The notes under the pieces were generated by a model. That model was not told the DNA's origin. It made no database searches and saw only the letters and a program-made list of their open reading frames with translations. Shown piece after piece: positions 58,959 through 64,000 of a stretch of 64,000 nucleotides of DNA. Source of the DNA: Candidatus Latescibacterota bacterium (GTDB taxonomy: Bacteria > Latescibacterota > UBA2968 > UBA8231); contig CBDAOB010000005.1 of the NCBI GenBank assembly GCA_965197905.1, forward strand, positions 1,568,001 through 1,632,000. The letters are read 5' to 3'. A program made the translations under genes and the position numbers. Positions within the stretch are counted from its first letter, which is position 1, and the number at the start of each line of letters is the position of its first letter.

Positions 58959-60249
58959 CGTAGTGTGCGGTGAGTGTCCGCTCGATGTCCCGATCGGAAT
59001 GAACCGCCGAAACGAACCAACATTCGAATTGCGAAGGGGCCAGATACACCCCGCGCTCAAGCATCTCCCAGAAGAAGAGCTTGAACAACTCAAGGTCGGA
59101 CGAGGCGGCCGAGTCGTAATCAGTTACCTCGGCGTCGGTAAAAAACTGGCACATCATGGCGCCGACCCCGTTTACAGTGTAGTTAAGGCCGAGCTTGCGA
59201 AGGTTGTCCACCATGCCGGATCGTAGGAGATCTGCTTTCCTTTCGAGTTCGACATAGGTTTCCCCCTCCCCCAACATACGCAGCTGTTCCAACCCGGCGG
59301 ACATGGCCAGCGGATTGCCGGCCAGAGTGCCCGCCTGGGAAATCTTTTTCCCCAACGGTGCAAGATCGGTCATAATCCGACTTTTGCCACCGTATGCACC
59401 AACGGGCAAACCACCGCCGACGATTTTACCTAGACAGGTCATATCGGGCTCAACCTCAAGCCGCTCTTGTGCGCCCCCCGGGGCCACCCTGAAGCCGGTA
59501 ATGACCTCGTCGAAGATCAGGATGATATCGTTCTCGTCGGCGAGGTTCCGCAAGCCGGCGAGATAACCCTCCCGGGGCGGTATCGTGCCCATGTTCCCAG
59601 CCACCGGCTCGACGATAATAGCTGCAATCTCTCCACGGTACTCGACCACCGCCTCCGCCACCGCAGAGATATCGTTGTACGGAAGGGCGATGGTATTTTC
59701 CGCGATCCCGCGAGGTACGCCAGGGCTGTCCGGCGCCCCAAGGGTCAGTGCCGACGAACCCGCCTTGATGAGAAAGCTATCGCCATGACCGTGCCAACAC
59801 CCTTCGAACTTTATCACCCTGTCCCTGCCGGTCGAGCCCCTGGCAAGCCTGATGGCCGCCATGGTCGCCTCGGTTCCCGAGTTGACCATACGCACCATCT
59901 CGATGGAAGGAACCATATCAATTATCTGTCGGGCGAGCGCCGTTTCAATCTCTGTCGGCGCCCCAAAGCTGGTTCCTTTCTTACACGCTTCCTCGACGGC
60001 ACTCACCACTCGTGGATGCGCGTGGCCAAAAATCAGAGGACCCCAGGAACAGACGTAGTCGACGTATTCATTGCCGTCGATGTCAAACAGGTGCGATCCG
60101 CTGCCGTGACTTATAAACAGCGGCCCTCTGCCTACGGCGCCGAAAGCGCGCGCCGGGCTGTTGACACCGCCCGGAATCACCTCCTGAGCCTCGGAGAACG
60201 ACTTCCTCGACCTGATCCCGGGATAATTGGGTTCAATTGGAGGGTTCAT
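58936..60249 (-). CDS. hemL: Glutamate-1-semialdehyde 2,1-aminomutase
   Basis: PGGVNSPARAF, NSGTEATM, FDEVITGFR, GKIVGGGLPVGAYGG, APSQFE. Confidence 0.96.
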   Translation of the reverse strand: MNPPIEPNYPGIRSRKSFSEAQEVIPGGVNSPARAFGAVGRGPLFISHGSGSHLFDIDGNEYVDYVCSWGPLIFGHAHPRVVSAVEEACKKGTSFGAPTEIETALARQIIDMVPSIEMVRMVNSGTEATMAAIRLARGSTGRDRVIKFEGCWHGHGDSFLIKAGSSALTLGAPDSPGVPRGIAENTIALPYNDISAVAEAVVEYRGEIAAIIVEPVAGNMGTIPPREGYLAGLRNLADENDIILIFDEVITGFRVAPGGAQERLEVEPDMTCLGKIVGGGLPVGAYGGKSRIMTDLAPLGKKISQAGTLAGNPLAMSAGLEQLRMLGEGETYVELERKADLLRSGMVDNLRKLGLNYTVNGVGAMMCQFFTDAEVTDYDSAASSDLELFKLFFWEMLERGVYLAPSQFECWFVSAVHSDRDIERTLTAHYDALKAIH

Positions 60250-60323
60250 GCAGATTCAGCTTGCTCCCGATCGGACGTTGACGTTTAATTTCAATGTAAC
60301 CGGAATGTTGGACTGGGATAATA

Positions 60324-60734
60324 ATGGCGCTACTGCTTATGATCGATGACAACCCACAAAGCCGTCGCTACGTGGAACGCATCGTACAGCACCGCACAAC
60401 CCACAAGATAGTGTTTGCCCGCACCAGTGACGAGGGTATCGAAAAGATTGTCGAGCGGCGCCCGGATCTCATTTTTCTCGATCTCTTTCTGCCGGGGATG
60501 GATGGCTTCGAGCTATTCGATCTCCTGCGCAATCATCCAGCAACCGAAAGTATACCGATCGTCGTGCACACCGCTGTTCCGTTGGATCCGATCACCGAGT
60601 TACGTATGAAAAAGGTGCGATGCGAGGGTTTTCTGGAGTTCCCTATTGAGGCCAGTGAGTTCAATAGGGTCATCGATATCGGGCTGAAGAGGAACGAGAT
60701 TTCGGTACAGAAATGGGTGCCGCCGAGCGTCTAG
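60324..60734 (+). CDS. Single-domain response regulator (CheY-like receiver)
   Basis: IDD, PDLIFLDLFLPGMDG, HTA; the conserved KP is replaced by FP. Confidence 0.85.
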   Translation: MALLLMIDDNPQSRRYVERIVQHRTTHKIVFARTSDEGIEKIVERRPDLIFLDLFLPGMDGFELFDLLRNHPATESIPIVVHTAVPLDPITELRMKKVRCEGFLEFPIEASEFNRVIDIGLKRNEISVQKWVPPSV

Positions 60735-60738
60735 CTAA

Positions 60739-61248
60739 CTAGCTATCTGCGGCATCGTCTTCGGGAAAATCGTGCAATCGAGTGATGCGAACGGCCATGA
60801 GATCGGTAACAACCACAACCTCTCCCTCGGCGAACTGCCGACCGTTTATCCGTATGTTGAACGCCTCGCCCGCTAGTTTGTCCAGTTCGATCACGTCCTG
60901 CTCTTTGAGATCGGTAAGCTCACGAACGGTCATCTCCTTCGTGCCCAGTTCGACGGCGATGTCGACTATGACGTTGTTGAGTCGATTGACTCTCTCCGTT
61001 GTCCTGGGAACGACGGTCGTATCCAGCTGGGGGAACTGAATGGCTTTGATTTCGTCGCTGTCGTCGAGCTCGTCGAGGGCATGTCCGCCTTCCGACCATG
61101 CCTGTAACGCCTCCTCAACTCTAGAGATATCGGCAAAAGGCACGGCTCCCGCATCGGGTTGATCCGGGGCCAGATCGTCGAATTGAGCCTCTTCGACCTC
61201 TTCTGCCACAATCGTCTCTTGCTCGACCGTATCCTGGGTTTCGCTCAT
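60739..61248 (-). CDS. FliN/FliM C-terminal (SpoA) domain protein
   Basis: IAVELGTKEMTVREL...VIELDKLAGEAFNIRING...AEGEVVVV...AVRIT, with an acidic N-terminal extension. Confidence 0.85.
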   Translation of the reverse strand: MSETQDTVEQETIVAEEVEEAQFDDLAPDQPDAGAVPFADISRVEEALQAWSEGGHALDELDDSDEIKAIQFPQLDTTVVPRTTERVNRLNNVIVDIAVELGTKEMTVRELTDLKEQDVIELDKLAGEAFNIRINGRQFAEGEVVVVTDLMAVRITRLHDFPEDDAADS

Positions 61249-61481
61249 GTGCAGCGCCTCAATCCGGTTCGTCCGAACGAGATGAAACGCCCTCTCCGTT
61301 CGAAAATAATGTGGAAACCTCTATAAATCCACTGTTTACATCGTGGCCCGGTGCATCTCGCTCCCTCGCGCGGCATCGCTGGAATCACACCGCCCACCAC
61401 TATATGCATCGGCAGAATCGCCCGTCGCTCGAACCGAAAATCGAACCTCCTAGATGCTCGAGCGGCCAACCACTCAAATTT

Positions 61482-61497
61482 AGCAAGCATTGTGCCA
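61482..61497 (-). promoter_or_regulatory. sigma-54 promoter upstream of FliN-like gene
   Basis: Perfect consensus TGGCAC-AATGC-TTGCT. Confidence 0.7.
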
Positions 61498-61651
61498 TGC
61501 CGCAACTCGTTTCGACGACCGGCCACGGGCACCTCCCCGCCCGCTCCATCAAGGTTGTATTCCCCCCCTTGACGATCTAGTGCAATCACTGTAACCGTTT
61601 TCATTTCAACGAGTAACAAAATTATTATAACTTGATCTATGAGGTGTTATC

Positions 61652-62395
61652 GTGTCCGTTTTGGATAATGTTCAGATCGTGCTCGTCAACCCATCGGTGC
61701 CGGGGAACATCGGAGCCACGGCACGGGCTTTAAAGAATACCGGAATAAACCGACTATTGCTGGTAAACCCCGGACCTTGGGATACACCAGATGCTCGGCG
61801 GATCGCCCATGGGTCCGCAGAGATTCTGGATGGGTGTCAAGTTTTTCCTGATCTTCCCGCCGCGATTGCCTCCAGCAGCCTTGTGGTAGGCACGACACAC
61901 CGCCGCGGGCGAGATCGTGAGATAACAGCTGCGGCGGATGTGTTGATCGAACGGATCGTTACAACGGCCCAAAACCAGAGAGTGAGTGTCGTTTTCGGTC
62001 GCGAGAAGGACGGTCTTTGGCTGGACGAGCTACAGTATTGCCACGAACTATTGCATTTCCCAACCGCTGTCGACTACCCCTCCCTCAATCTGTCCCACGC
62101 GGTTCTCTTGACCACCTACAAGCTCTACATCGCTTCGCTTCAGCCCCTGGAGACACCCAGCCCCTCGAGTTTGACCTCTGCCGAAAGGGAGCACCTGAGC
62201 CACCACATCCTGGCGGCTTTGGATGCGATCGATTTCGAACACTACAACGGAGACCCAGACCACTTCATGCGGATCTTGCGGCGGGTTTTGAGCCGCGCGG
62301 AGCTATCTGGAAGAGACGCTGTGGTGCTGCACAAGATCTGCGGGCAGATCGAGAAATTTTCCGTCAGGCAGAGTGGAAGCAGGCCCAAGATTTAG
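61652..62395 (+). CDS. trmJ: TrmJ/LasT-family SPOUT RNA methyltransferase
   Basis: IVLVNPSVPGNIGATARALKN, VFGREKDGL, YPSLNLSHAV. Confidence 0.88.
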   Translation: MSVLDNVQIVLVNPSVPGNIGATARALKNTGINRLLLVNPGPWDTPDARRIAHGSAEILDGCQVFPDLPAAIASSSLVVGTTHRRGRDREITAAADVLIERIVTTAQNQRVSVVFGREKDGLWLDELQYCHELLHFPTAVDYPSLNLSHAVLLTTYKLYIASLQPLETPSPSSLTSAEREHLSHHILAALDAIDFEHYNGDPDHFMRILRRVLSRAELSGRDAVVLHKICGQIEKFSVRQSGSRPKI

Positions 62396-62408
62396 TTAGA
62401 GAGATGGA

Positions 62409-64000
<1,592 letters not shown>

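Noticed and set aside
61245..61619. Short ORFs upstream of FliN-like gene
   Set aside because: No motifs; the region holds divergent promoters including a consensus sigma-54 site.

Overview
A bacterial chromosome segment (diderm, GC-rich; gene content fits an uncultured FCB-group lineage such as Latescibacterota/Gemmatimonadota, but this is inference only), made up mostly of housekeeping genes. A + strand block at 3.9-23.9 kb runs miaA, tRNA-Gly(CCC), der, rimP-nusA-infB-rbfA-truB-RFK-rpsO-pnp, asnS, leuS. A mostly - strand block at 25.9-52 kb holds mutL, hprK, rsgA, two prs, apt, thrC, thiT, rqcH and valS, followed by murQ, hemL, trmJ and gmd. The junction between the blocks is the most notable locus. 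It has a dif-like site (22/28 identical to E. coli dif), an intact stand-alone tyrosine recombinase, an internally deleted IS256 with TIRs and an 8-bp TSD, and a perfect 12-6-12 palindromic crossover site; together these may be a single-subunit Xer-like/resolvase module at the replication terminus. Other leads: FAD synthesis apparently split into a kinase-only RibF plus an archaeal-type RibL; three sigma-54 promoters in front of scattered orphan genes (FliN-like, a hyper-acidic protein ending in a CheY-binding-like SQDEIDALF motif, and a HEAT-repeat protein); an unassigned structured ncRNA candidate; a Cyc2-like cytochrome-porin fusion; a degenerate prs paralogue; and a possible mutL/miaA-splitting inversion. 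Several small frameshifts could be assembly errors. All calls are by eye; no database searches were run.
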